A stretch of DNA of 43,507 bases from a virus (lineage: Duplodnaviria > Caudoviricetes): the IMG/VR virus record IMGVR_UViG_3300037483_000513, positions 1 through 43,507 of that record; one strand, written 5' to 3'. Positions 17,539 through 25,523 of the stretch are shown here, one piece after another; position 1 is the first letter of the stretch, and each line of letters starts with the position of its first letter. Under the pieces are notes generated by a model, which was not told the origin of the DNA, ran no database searches, and worked only from the letters and a program-made list of their open reading frames with translations. Made by a program: the position numbers and the translations under genes.

Positions 17539-18500
17539 CGCTTTGCCCTGGGTTCGGGTTTGGCGAGGTCATGGAACTCGGCCAGGCGGGGGTTCTGTGT
17601 CCGGAACGCGGCCTCCGCCCGGTCGGCGAGGGCGTGGCGGTCGCCCACTGGGTGGGCGCAGACCTGCGCGGCGGTCCGTTCCCGGGTGATCATCCGGGCG
17701 ATCTCGGCGCGCATCGCCGCGGCCCGGCGGTCGGCCCTGGTGCTCATGAGTTCGCCCCGTCCTCGTCGAGGTCGAATGGGGCTGTTCCGAACCTGGGGTT
17801 GACGCCCCGGGTCGTCCAGGCACAGGGGGTCGTCGAGGTCGAGGAGCACGTCGAGTTCGTGTGGGGCGTCTGGGATCCGGGTCAGCCTCCACCACCACCC
17901 GACCGTCAGGGCGGTCAGGGCCAGCAGGGTGAACCCGTTCGGGGTCGGGGTCAGGGGCAGGTGATGCCACAGGTAGCCGAGGTTCCCGGACACCCCGGCC
18001 AGCGCCACGAGCGCGGACCCGAAGATCGCGACCGGGACGACCAGGGACAGCCCGGCGTGCCCAGCCTCGGCGGTGGTGGGTACGCATTGGCAGCGGTCCC
18101 CGGGGACCGAGTCCGGCGTGACAGCAGTGAGTTTCGCGCAGTCCAGGCAGATGAACTGGAAGCACTCCCGGCAGAGGTACCCGGTGATCGACCCGTCCGT
18201 GTAGGCGGCCCGGGCGAAGGGGTGGGCGCAGGCCACGGGCTGGACGATCGTGGTTTTGTCGGCGCGGCCTGCGCAGTTCGCGCAGAGCCGCCACCGGCGG
18301 TCACCGAGGTTGATGGTGACCTTGACAGTGCCGGACCGGCGGCATCGCGAGCACATCTGCTCAGAAGAGGAAGAGCGGCCGGGTGAGGCCACGGGGGGAG
18401 CCTCACCCGGCCCTCCTCCGGTGCGGTGGATGGCCGCACCGTCCCCGACCACGGCACGGGGGGAAACCGTGGTCGGGGGGTTCTGGGTGGGGGTTGTCAT
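17535..18500 (-). CDS. Cys-rich membrane protein, possibly a fusion with an internal start at 17747
   Basis: Multiple CxxC pairs and 2 TM helices. Confidence 0.55.
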   Translation of the reverse strand: MTTPTQNPPTTVSPRAVVGDGAAIHRTGGGPGEAPPVASPGRSSSSEQMCSRCRRSGTVKVTINLGDRRWRLCANCAGRADKTTIVQPVACAHPFARAAYTDGSITGYLCRECFQFICLDCAKLTAVTPDSVPGDRCQCVPTTAEAGHAGLSLVVPVAIFGSALVALAGVSGNLGYLWHHLPLTPTPNGFTLLALTALTVGWWWRLTRIPDAPHELDVLLDLDDPLCLDDPGRQPQVRNSPIRPRRGRGELMSTRADRRAAAMRAEIARMITRERTAAQVCAHPVGDRHALADRAEAAFRTQNPRLAEFHDLAKPEPRAKR

Positions 18501-18988
18501 GCCGTCACCGCCGGAGCGGCGAGCTCGTACCCGGCGGGCATGTGACCGTTGTGCCCTGGATGCATCTGGCCGACCGGATGTCCCGTCTTAAGGTCGCACG
18601 GGCCGCCCGGAGTCGGCTCGCCGCATGGGATGAAGTCCTTCGCAGCGGCCACCGGCGTGCTGTTGGCGAGCAGCTCGTCACGGGCGGCCGTGAGGACGCT
18701 GGCGAGCGTCGGGGGCACCTCGGTGCCGTGGACCTCGGCCGCGACCGCCACGGCCTGCGCGACATCGAGGGCGATCGCCTCGGCGGGCACCGGATCGATC
18801 TCGGCGGCAGCGTCCATCAGGGCGCGTGCCAAGTCGAGGGCTTCGTCGCGGGTCAGGTACAGCAGGGTCGATTCCTCGTGGCCCCGCTCGTACGCATCGA
18901 CGATCACGTACGGCTGACCGAGCACGCGGTCAGCCTTGACGGAGACCGTGGCGCCGTCGTAGGACTCGGTGATCACGCGGGTAGTCAC
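18497..18988 (-). CDS. Hypothetical protein
   Basis: GTGA-coupled to the cro-like gene; LTRDEALDLARALMDAA. Confidence 0.65.
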   Translation of the reverse strand: MTTRVITESYDGATVSVKADRVLGQPYVIVDAYERGHEESTLLYLTRDEALDLARALMDAAAEIDPVPAEAIALDVAQAVAVAAEVHGTEVPPTLASVLTAARDELLANSTPVAAAKDFIPCGEPTPGGPCDLKTGHPVGQMHPGHNGHMPAGYELAAPAVTA

Positions 18989-19227
18989 GCCGACACCGCC
19001 GATCCGGACTCGTCCAGCGGCGTGTCGGTGATGGTCGGCATCTGCTCGCGCAGCCGCTCAACGTCGGCCCGGGAGTAGCCGACGCGCTTCGTGACGGGCG
19101 ACCGGTGCCCGGTGATCAGTCCGTTGCTCTCGTACCGCTGGACGGTGCGTGGACTCACCCCGAGCGACTCGGCCACGGCCTGTAGCGACAGCAAGTCGCC
19201 GGGGGCTTGGCTAGTAGTGGGAGGCAT
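18985..19227 (-). CDS. Cro/excisionase-like MerR-type HTH protein
   Basis: LLSLQAVAESLGVSPRTVQRYESNGLI...YSRADVERL; divergent from the repressor. Confidence 0.8.
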   Translation of the reverse strand: MPPTTSQAPGDLLSLQAVAESLGVSPRTVQRYESNGLITGHRSPVTKRVGYSRADVERLREQMPTITDTPLDESGSAVSA

Positions 19228-19333
19228 AACCAGAGTTGTAGTCCTGACGAACGCTGACGTCAAGTCATGTCAGGCATACTTAACCTCGGACAGCAGTTGA
19301 CAGGACGACAGGGCATGACAGAGCATGACTGTC
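19228..19333. promoter_or_regulatory. Lysis-lysogeny divergent promoter/operator region
   Basis: Leftward TTGACG-17-TACAAC-7-ATG; TTGACA at 19297; repeated TGAC/GTCA and CATGAC boxes. Confidence 0.55.
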
Positions 19334-19795
19334 ATGTCTACGAACCCTGAGGTTGTCCGCGCCCCTGACGTGAACTCAGAAGTGGGCGCTCGGATACATC
19401 AGATGATGTTCCGGAAGCGGGTCAGTCAGACGAAGTTCGCGCCCAGCGTGGGGATGAGCCAGAGTCTGCTGAGCAAGAAGCTGCGCGGCGTCGTGCCGTG
19501 GTCCGTTGTCGAACTGCTGCTGGTCGCAAACGCACTTGGGGTCGACCCCGGCGAATTGCTACCGAAAGTCGACCCCAAGGTGGAAGAACCACCTATCCCT
19601 GGGCTCCCCCGGATGGACTCGAACCATCAACCCTTCGCGTACGTGTCATCGCAGGTCGCAGGGGGGTCGGTTGTTCCCCTGTTCGCCCCAGGTGACCCGC
19701 GCTGGACGCACGACCCCCAGCGAGCGACACGGCCGAGAACCGGTCGTCCGTTCGGTCCCGTTCGGGTGCGTTCGGGACATTTGGTGGCGGTGTGA
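19325..19795 (+). CDS. Immunity repressor (XRE HTH), long viral form containing attP
   Basis: VSQTKFAPSVGMSQSLLSKKLRGVVPWSVVELLLVANALGV HTH; LPRMDSNHQP is the translation of a tRNA antisense strand. Confidence 0.88.
   Translation: MTVMSTNPEVVRAPDVNSEVGARIHQMMFRKRVSQTKFAPSVGMSQSLLSKKLRGVVPWSVVELLLVANALGVDPGELLPKVDPKVEEPPIPGLPRMDSNHQPFAYVSSQVAGGSVVPLFAPGDPRWTHDPQRATRPRTGRPFGPVRVRSGHLVAV
19603..19637 (-). other. attP common core matching the 3' half of a tRNA (Asn-like)
   Basis: Minus strand reads CGAAGGGTT-GATGG-TTCGAGT-CCATC-CGGGGGAGC: intact T-arm plus acceptor strand. Confidence 0.85.
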
Positions 19796-20634
19796 GCACA
19801 AGATCAAGCATGACCATGACATGGAGTGATGCACTAATCGCATGGCGTCGCGAGATGCAGGCGGCGGGCCGGTCTTCCGAGACCATCCGCCTGCGGATGT
19901 ACTACCTGACCCGGTGGCAACGGGTGTGCCGAAGACCCCAGGCAGCCACCCGCGCGGCGATCATCGCGTGGCTAGCGCACCCCAGCTGGAGCCAGGAAAC
20001 CCGCCGATCGGCTCGCACCGCGATGGTCACCTTCTACCGGTGGATGCTCGAGGAAGACCACCTTCCCCCGGACCCGGCCGGCAAGGTCGTCAACCCGGCC
20101 GGGCGGCTACCGAGGATCACCGTCCCGAAAGGCGTCGCCCGGCCCGCCACCGACCAGGCCATCCAAAGAGGCCTCGACGCCGCCACCCTGCGCGTCAAGC
20201 GGATGATCCTGCTCGGCTCCCTCGGAGGTCTGCGGCGCGGGGAGATCAGCCGGGTCCACACCCGCGATCTGAGCGGGCGGGACCTGATCGTGCACGGCAA
20301 AGGCGGCAAGCAGCGCGTCATCCGCCTCGACCCGTCGCTGGCCGCCTCGATCGCCTCCGCCCCGGACGGCTGGCTCTTTCCCGCCCCCGACGGGCACCAG
20401 ATGACACCGGCGCACATCGGCGTCCTGATCAGCCGGGCACTACCCAAAGGGACCACACCGCACATGCTCCGGCACGCGTGCGGAACCTGGCTGAACGACA
20501 ACGGGGTGCCGCTGACGGACATCCGCGACTGGCTCGGTCACGCGGACGTGTCAACGACGCAACGGTACGTCCAGGTCAGGATCGAGCGCGCCGCGGCGGC
20601 CACGGAGGAAGCCGCGCGCCGGTTCGTGGCCTGA
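19792..20634 (+). CDS. int: Tyrosine integrase (short, lacking the arm-binding domain)
   Basis: LRRGEI, HGKGGKQR, HMLRH, LGHADVSTTQRY catalytic R-K-H-R-H-Y set. Confidence 0.93.
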   Translation: MSTRSSMTMTWSDALIAWRREMQAAGRSSETIRLRMYYLTRWQRVCRRPQAATRAAIIAWLAHPSWSQETRRSARTAMVTFYRWMLEEDHLPPDPAGKVVNPAGRLPRITVPKGVARPATDQAIQRGLDAATLRVKRMILLGSLGGLRRGEISRVHTRDLSGRDLIVHGKGGKQRVIRLDPSLAASIASAPDGWLFPAPDGHQMTPAHIGVLISRALPKGTTPHMLRHACGTWLNDNGVPLTDIRDWLGHADVSTTQRYVQVRIERAAAATEEAARRFVA

Positions 20635-20729
20635 CCGTTCAGCGCACAACCCACCGAATGTCCTGGTTCGCCGGACACACCGTGTCTGGCGGGCACATCA
20701 TCGGCACACCACACCAAACGGAGACAAAC

Positions 20730-21449
20730 ATGGATGACCCACGCCACGGCAACCAGCCCTGGCAACAGCAGTACGCGCCGCCAGCACCGAAGGCGCGCCC
20801 GAACCACGTCCTACACCTGATCCTCACGATCGTGACCTGCCTCGCCTGGTCGCCCGTGTGGATCACCCTCACCGCTCGGTACTGGAACGTGGTCGACTGG
20901 CGCAACCCGGCCGAGCGGCCAGGCATGGACCGGCGGACCTGGATCACCATCGGTGTCATCGCCGTCCTGAGCATCGGTGGGGGCGTCATCGGGAGCATGG
21001 CCCCGACCAGCAGCACGACCGCCACGACCGTTGCTGAGGAGAGCACCACGGCGGCTCCGGCGGCGACGACCGCCGCCAAGGACACGAAGACCACGAAGGC
21101 CGCCGCGCCCGCTGAGCCGGCTGCTGAGGCAGAGCCGAAGATCAAAGCCCCGAAAGGTGTGACCGTGTCCGGGGATTACGCCGAGACACTCCAGGTCCGC
21201 TCCCTCAAGGCCACCCGCAGCGCCATCGATCTCATGGACGCTGACCTGCGCGTGAAAAACATCTCCGACGACGACGTGTCGTTCGTGTCGATCAAACTCA
21301 CCGCCCTGCGCGGGGAAGAAGTGATCGCCACAGCCGACGGGATCATCGAATCGATCGACGCCGGACAAACAATCACGACAAGTCTCCTGTCCGGAGACGA
21401 CTTCCCCAGCAACCGCAAGGGCATCACCTACGAACTAGAGATGGAGTAA
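20730..21449 (+). CDS. Membrane-anchored extracytoplasmic protein (lysogeny-expressed; possible superinfection exclusion)
   Basis: GGAG RBS; HVLHLILTIVTC..W.PVW hairpin, a TM helix, Thr/Ala linker and Ig-like C-terminal domain. Confidence 0.7.
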   Translation: MDDPRHGNQPWQQQYAPPAPKARPNHVLHLILTIVTCLAWSPVWITLTARYWNVVDWRNPAERPGMDRRTWITIGVIAVLSIGGGVIGSMAPTSSTTATTVAEESTTAAPAATTAAKDTKTTKAAAPAEPAAEAEPKIKAPKGVTVSGDYAETLQVRSLKATRSAIDLMDADLRVKNISDDDVSFVSIKLTALRGEEVIATADGIIESIDAGQTITTSLLSGDDFPSNRKGITYELEME

Positions 21450-21459
21450 CCCGATCATC

Positions 21460-21501
21460 GGGCGCCCCACCAGGTTTCGCCTGGTGGGGCGCCCAGTATT
21501 T
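21460..21501 (+). terminator. Intrinsic terminator
   Basis: 15-bp stem GGGCGCCCCACCAGG / CCTGGTGGGGCGCCC followed by AGTATTTT. Confidence 0.8.
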
Positions 21502-21504
21502 TGC

Positions 21505-21555
21505 CCCCAAACGCACCGCACCCCCCTTGGCGACTGCTTCCCAAGGGGGGTGCGG
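21505..21555 (-). terminator. Terminator for the leftward transcript
   Basis: CCGCACCCCCCTTGG / CCAAGGGGGGTGCGG stem. Confidence 0.65.
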
Positions 21556-21605
21556 CGGCCCCGGCGGTTACTCCCCCCGCGTGCACAGCGGGGACCACCG
21601 GGCGT

Positions 21606-21893
21606 CTATAGGGGTGGATCTTTGATCCACTGGTACGCCGGTGCGTCCCGGTGGGTGACCCGGCGGTATTTCAACCAGGCGCCGCCACCGCGGCGCACCC
21701 GCAGAAGGAGATCCCCGGCGGCCTGGTCGTGCCGGTCAGGCAGGACCCGGACGACACCGCCGAGGACCGCGACCCAGATCTCCACCCGCCCGTCCTCGAC
21801 CGTGTGACCACCGGCCGGGCCATCCAGGAACCGGACCTTCGCCGGCGTGGTCGCCGCAGCGGTGGTGGGAGCCGGCTCGGCCTCGGGCCTCAC
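21606..21893 (-). CDS. Hypothetical protein
   Basis: GTGA-coupled; VRFLDGPAGG motif. Confidence 0.55.
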   Translation of the reverse strand: MRPEAEPAPTTAAATTPAKVRFLDGPAGGHTVEDGRVEIWVAVLGGVVRVLPDRHDQAAGDLLLRVRRGGGAWLKYRRVTHRDAPAYQWIKDPPL

Positions 21894-22201
21894 AGGTGGA
21901 GCCTGACGCGCTCGATGACGTGCCGGCGCAGGAAGCAGGTCGGGACGAATCCGCGGACGTACAGGGCGACGCTTTCCCCGTCCCACGTCGACCAGGTCGT
22001 ATCGTCGCAACTGAGGACGCCGTCAGGGTGTGACAGCCAGGCCCGCAGGGCGTCGCGGTCCTGGACGGCGACCAGCCGATCTCGGCCGCCATCTCGGCCG
22101 CCATCTCGGCAACGAATCTCCACCGTGTCGCGCCTGATATCCAGCTCAGCCACCACGGGCCGCTGGTCGGCGTCGTGCAGATCGATCCTCACTTGCGTCA
22201 T
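21890..22201 (-). CDS. Hypothetical protein divergent from the XRE-DUF397 pair
   Basis: Clean ORF; contains a 12-bp tandem repeat at 22079-22110 (RDGG). Confidence 0.6.
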   Translation of the reverse strand: MTQVRIDLHDADQRPVVAELDIRRDTVEIRCRDGGRDGGRDRLVAVQDRDALRAWLSHPDGVLSCDDTTWSTWDGESVALYVRGFVPTCFLRRHVIERVRLHL

Positions 22202-22414
22202 CTGACGTCCCCACGTCGCGACAAGTCACCCTCGGAGGGCAGGATCGGCGACCGCGAAACAGGCCGCCGACCCCACCTGTCCGTAACTGTGATGTGACAC
22301 ACCGTTTGCTTCAACGTCTCATTTTGAGCCGCGCGTCGTGAGACCGCTCGTGCGAGACACGCCCCCCGTGAGAAACCTCTGTGACGAGACGTCACGAGAT
22401 GCGACACTCAGCAC

Positions 22415-23236
22415 ATGGCTACGGGGTCAACCACAGTCCGCCGGTCACTCGGACGCCGACTAAAGCAACTGCGAGAGCAGGCCGGCAAGACATACGCCGA
22501 TGTCGTCGACTCGACGATCGCGAGCAAGGCGAAACTGGCCAGAATCGAGGCCGGACAGCAATCGGTCAAGGTGGCCGATGTTCGAGCCCTCTGCTGGCTC
22601 TACGAGGTCGACCAGAACCTCACCGACCAACTCGCCGACCTGTCCCTGCAAACCGCGAGGAAGGGATGGTGGGAGGCACACGGTGACGCGGTCCCGAGTT
22701 GGTTCACGACCTACGTCGAACGCGAGTCAGCGGCCCTGGAAGCCAGGACCTACCAGTCGGATCTCATCCCCGGACTGCTGCAGACGCCCGACTACCATCG
22801 CAGCGTTTTCGAAGCCGCCAGACTCCAGCCGCCCGACTCCGCCGAACGCCAGGTTCAATTGCGCGTCGACCGACAGCACGCCGCCTTCGATCGGCTGGCG
22901 CCTCTCGCCCTTACCGCGGTACTCAGCGAAGCCGTCCTCGCCCGCGAGATCGGCGGGACGGAGATCATGGCCGAGCAGCGGAAGCATCTGCTGGAGCTGA
23001 GCCGGCGAGTGAATATCGCTGTCTACATCCTGCCCTTCGGCGCCGGCGCGCACCCGGCGCTAAAGGGCGCCTTCACTGTCCTGGGCTTCGACAGCCCGGA
23101 CGACCCCGACCTCGTCTACTTGGAGACGAGCGCCGGGGGTCGGTACATCGAGGAGCCCACAATGCTCCTGCAGTACCGCGAGGACTTCACCAGAGTCCGC
23201 AACCAATCCGTACCCATCGAGGAGTACCTGAAATGA
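22415..23236 (+). CDS. XRE HTH plus DUF5753 regulator (WhiJ/Scr1-like)
   Basis: LGRRLKQLREQAG...KLARIEAG...GWW...IPGLLQTPDY...LSEAVL...F.VLGF...LVYLE. Confidence 0.92.
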   Translation: MATGSTTVRRSLGRRLKQLREQAGKTYADVVDSTIASKAKLARIEAGQQSVKVADVRALCWLYEVDQNLTDQLADLSLQTARKGWWEAHGDAVPSWFTTYVERESAALEARTYQSDLIPGLLQTPDYHRSVFEAARLQPPDSAERQVQLRVDRQHAAFDRLAPLALTAVLSEAVLAREIGGTEIMAEQRKHLLELSRRVNIAVYILPFGAGAHPALKGAFTVLGFDSPDDPDLVYLETSAGGRYIEEPTMLLQYREDFTRVRNQSVPIEEYLK

Positions 23237-23439
23237 GCACCAACGACCCAACTCAGTGGATTAAGGCTAGCGCCTCGGGCGCTAATGGGGACTGCGTAGA
23301 AATGCGTGAGCACGCCGGGCAGGTCCAGGTCCGCGACACCAAGGACACCGGCACCGGCCCGATGCTCGGCTTCACGAAGGCCGAGTTTTCCGCCTGGCTT
23401 GATGGCGCGAAGAAGGGCGAGTTCGACCACCTGATCTAG
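23233..23439 (+). CDS. DUF397 protein (BldB/Scr2-like)
   Basis: WIKASAS..NGDCVE...VRDTK..GP.L.FT.AEFSAWLDGAKKGEFD; ATGA-coupled to the XRE gene. Confidence 0.92.
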   Translation: MSTNDPTQWIKASASGANGDCVEMREHAGQVQVRDTKDTGTGPMLGFTKAEFSAWLDGAKKGEFDHLI

Positions 23440-23450
23440 CCCCGCGAACG

Positions 23451-23501
23451 ACGACGAGAAGGTCCACCCCACGCGAATCGTGGGGTGGACCTTCTCGTCG
23501 T
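23451..23501. terminator. Perfect 23-bp hairpin, probable bidirectional terminator
   Basis: ACGACGAGAAGGTCCACCCCACG-CGAAT-CGTGGGGTGGACCTTCTCGTCGT between convergent genes. Confidence 0.8.
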
Positions 23502-23573
23502 TCTGGTACAGCCTTCCGGAGCCTCCGGAGCCGCCGCGTTTGGAGACGCGGCGCCGAGGCTACCGCCAGATGG

Positions 23574-23822
23574 CTACTCAGTGACCGGTTTCGTGTCGCA
23601 GGCAATCGCAGCGTTCGCCCACATCATCGCTTCCTGCAGTGCGGTGAGCGCAAGAGACGCGTGACGGCCCGGCGGTATCTGACCGGCCACAAAGTGCGCG
23701 GTCGTCTTGATCGCGCTGCGGATCGCCTCGTGCTTGGCCACCGTCTCTGGCGTCGGCGGATGATAGCGGAACCGGTTCTCGATGTCGTTGGTGCGGGCGG
23801 TGTGGTCGGGCTGGGCGCTCAT
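23574..23822 (-). CDS. Acb2/Tad1-like helical-hairpin protein (candidate immune-signal sponge)
   Basis: DIENRFRYHPP...HEAIR...PPGRHASLALTALQEAMMWANAAIA; ATGA-coupled to the holin. Confidence 0.75.
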   Translation of the reverse strand: MSAQPDHTARTNDIENRFRYHPPTPETVAKHEAIRSAIKTTAHFVAGQIPPGRHASLALTALQEAMMWANAAIACDTKPVTE

Positions 23823-24001
23823 TGCGCTCCGTCCTGGGGCTCGTTGCGGATCTGGAAGACGGCCAGTCCGGCGATGATCGCGGCGGACGCGATCGCGCTG
23901 ATCTCGACGTCGGTGAACCCGTTCGGGTACGCGGTGGCCGCTGCGGCACCGGCGGCGGTGACGGCTGCCACCAGGGCTTTTCGGATGTGGGCGAGTTTCA
24001 T
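23819..24001 (-). CDS. Holin-like protein (2 TM)
   Basis: RKALVAAV...AGLAVFQIRN; in the lysis cassette. Confidence 0.75.
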   Translation of the reverse strand: MKLAHIRKALVAAVTAAGAAAATAYPNGFTDVEISAIASAAIIAGLAVFQIRNEPQDGAQ

Positions 24002-24390
24002 GGTGGGGGTCCTTCCGGAGCAGGGTTGAGGCTGGGCCGGGCGGTGAGGCCGTTGAGTTGCCGCTCGATGCGTTCCTGCCCTGCGCGCAGGGCATCGATC
24101 TGGTCGCGGGTCGAGTGCCCGCCGTTGGGATGCAGCTGGATCGCGGCCGACCCGGCAGCGTCGGCGACGTGACCGAGCCGCCGTTCGACGGCCGCGAGAC
24201 GATCCATCACTCCCGGGCGGCCGTCCCCGCGACCCGGCTCAGACTCGGCGACCCCGACGACGTCATCGATCAGCCGAGATGCCTTGCGCAATGCGGGGAT
24301 CACCTTCCGCAGGAAAGCGACGATGACGGCCAGGAGCGCGGCCAGGGCTGCCGCCTCGCCGAGAGTGATGGCCTCGATCCACTCCTGCAT
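23998..24390 (-). CDS. Lysis-cassette membrane protein (N-terminal TM plus coiled coil)
   Basis: TM helix; RPGVMDRL...PNGGHSTRD motif. Confidence 0.7.
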   Translation of the reverse strand: MQEWIEAITLGEAAALAALLAVIVAFLRKVIPALRKASRLIDDVVGVAESEPGRGDGRPGVMDRLAAVERRLGHVADAAGSAAIQLHPNGGHSTRDQIDALRAGQERIERQLNGLTARPSLNPAPEGPPP

Positions 24391-25196
24391 CAGTGCGCCG
24401 GGTCGCCCGGGAGGCGCTCAAGGATCTGGGCCAGCAGCGCGCCCTGTGCGGCGATCTCGGCCCTGAGCGCCTTCGTCTGCTCGACCTGCTCATCGCGTAC
24501 CCGCTCGATCTCGTCGCGGGCGGCACGCACACCAGGTGGCCACTGGAGAAGCTCCCGGACTGTCGCGGTCTTCTGTCCGAGCAGCTTCTCTGCCTGAGGG
24601 GTGAGGTCCACCTCGTCGGTCAGCTTCATGTCTGAATCCTCCTGCGCTGGCTTGATCTTCAGATTTACCGCTGCAATCCGGCGGCGGTGCGCGTCCATCG
24701 CGAAGCTCGGGTCGGACTTCCTGCCGACCGGTGCGCAGGTCTCCTTGTGCCCGCGCACATCAGCGGCAGTCAGGCCGAGTTCATCGACCAGGGCGGCGCA
24801 CAGGCGTGCATAGGCGTCCATCTGCGCTGGCGGCCAATCGCCCTTGGTCCCGGGTATCCCGACGGCTTCGGCCTCGATGCCGACGGCGTGGCTGTTGAGG
24901 TAATCGACGGATCGGGAGGTGCCGGCGTGGTTGCTTTTCCCCGCGGCGATCACATAGATAGTCCCGGCGATGCCGAGCCCGTACTGGGCGAGCGGGCCTG
25001 GCAGCCCGGGGCGCCCGTCCCGGACCACGCGCAGGGACGGGTAGTTGCCTCGCGCCCCACCGTTGGCCGTGTGATGACAGGTGATCGTACGGACGTCACT
25101 CATACCACCAGGGCGGCCGCGAGTCTTCCACCCCTTGACCTCGACCACCGGAAACCCGGTGCGCCGGGCGATCGCGGCGAGCTGGGTGAGCATCAC
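24390..25196 (-). CDS. Endolysin, N-acetylmuramoyl-L-alanine amidase (Amidase_2)
   Basis: CHHTA, GPLAQ, NHAG, GIEAE, GHKE, KSDP motifs. Confidence 0.92.
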   Translation of the reverse strand: MMLTQLAAIARRTGFPVVEVKGWKTRGRPGGMSDVRTITCHHTANGGARGNYPSLRVVRDGRPGLPGPLAQYGLGIAGTIYVIAAGKSNHAGTSRSVDYLNSHAVGIEAEAVGIPGTKGDWPPAQMDAYARLCAALVDELGLTAADVRGHKETCAPVGRKSDPSFAMDAHRRRIAAVNLKIKPAQEDSDMKLTDEVDLTPQAEKLLGQKTATVRELLQWPPGVRAARDEIERVRDEQVEQTKALRAEIAAQGALLAQILERLPGDPAH

Positions 25197-25357
25197 TCCG
25201 GCAGCACCTCCTCCGAGGCCTCGTTGTAGACGTAGGCCCGATCCGGCCCAAGCGGCGCGTCCGGGTCGATGAGCTCCCCGTCGGGTTCCCCGTCGGGGGT
25301 TTGGATCGCGGCGACCTCTGCCGGGTCGCTCGGGTCGTGCGCGATGGTGCCGGTCAT
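25193..25357 (-). CDS. Small acidic protein (54 aa, not in the ORF track)
   Basis: GGAG RBS; MTGTIAHDPSDPAEV...EEVLPE; overlaps the lysin start. Confidence 0.6.
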   Translation of the reverse strand: MTGTIAHDPSDPAEVAAIQTPDGEPDGELIDPDAPLGPDRAYVYNEASEEVLPE

Positions 25358-25373
25358 GGTGGCTCCAATCCGT

Positions 25374-25523
25374 TTAGGGGCAGGTGCAGTCGGTCCAGTC
25401 CGGCAGTCCCGCCAGGTCCTGCGGGGCCGGGCGGCCGGTCGGGAGCGGGCAGTCCGGGGTGTGCATCCCGAATGAGGTCATGTACCGGACTTGTTCTTCG
25501 CGGTTATCGAATTTCCCGGTCAC
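25374..25523 (-). CDS. Small hypothetical protein
   Basis: GTGA-coupled; H..DC...CTC. Confidence 0.5.
   Translation of the reverse strand: MTGKFDNREEQVRYMTSFGMHTPDCPLPTGRPAPQDLAGLPDWTDCTCP

Noticed and set aside
19603-19637. tRNA gene
   Set aside because: Only the T-arm and 3' acceptor strand are present, with no anticodon or D arm; it is an att core
19842-20729. 535-aa ORF overlapping the integrase
   Set aside because: The N-terminal part is an Arg/Pro-rich off-frame shadow; the RBS-supported start is at 20730
22079-22110. Phase-variable repeat
   Set aside because: The 12-bp unit keeps the frame and has fewer than three copies; likely a simple slippage duplication
22415-23439. Classical toxin-antitoxin call for XRE-DUF397
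   Set aside because: The family was predicted as TA, but characterised Streptomyces members act as regulators; toxicity cannot be inferred from sequence
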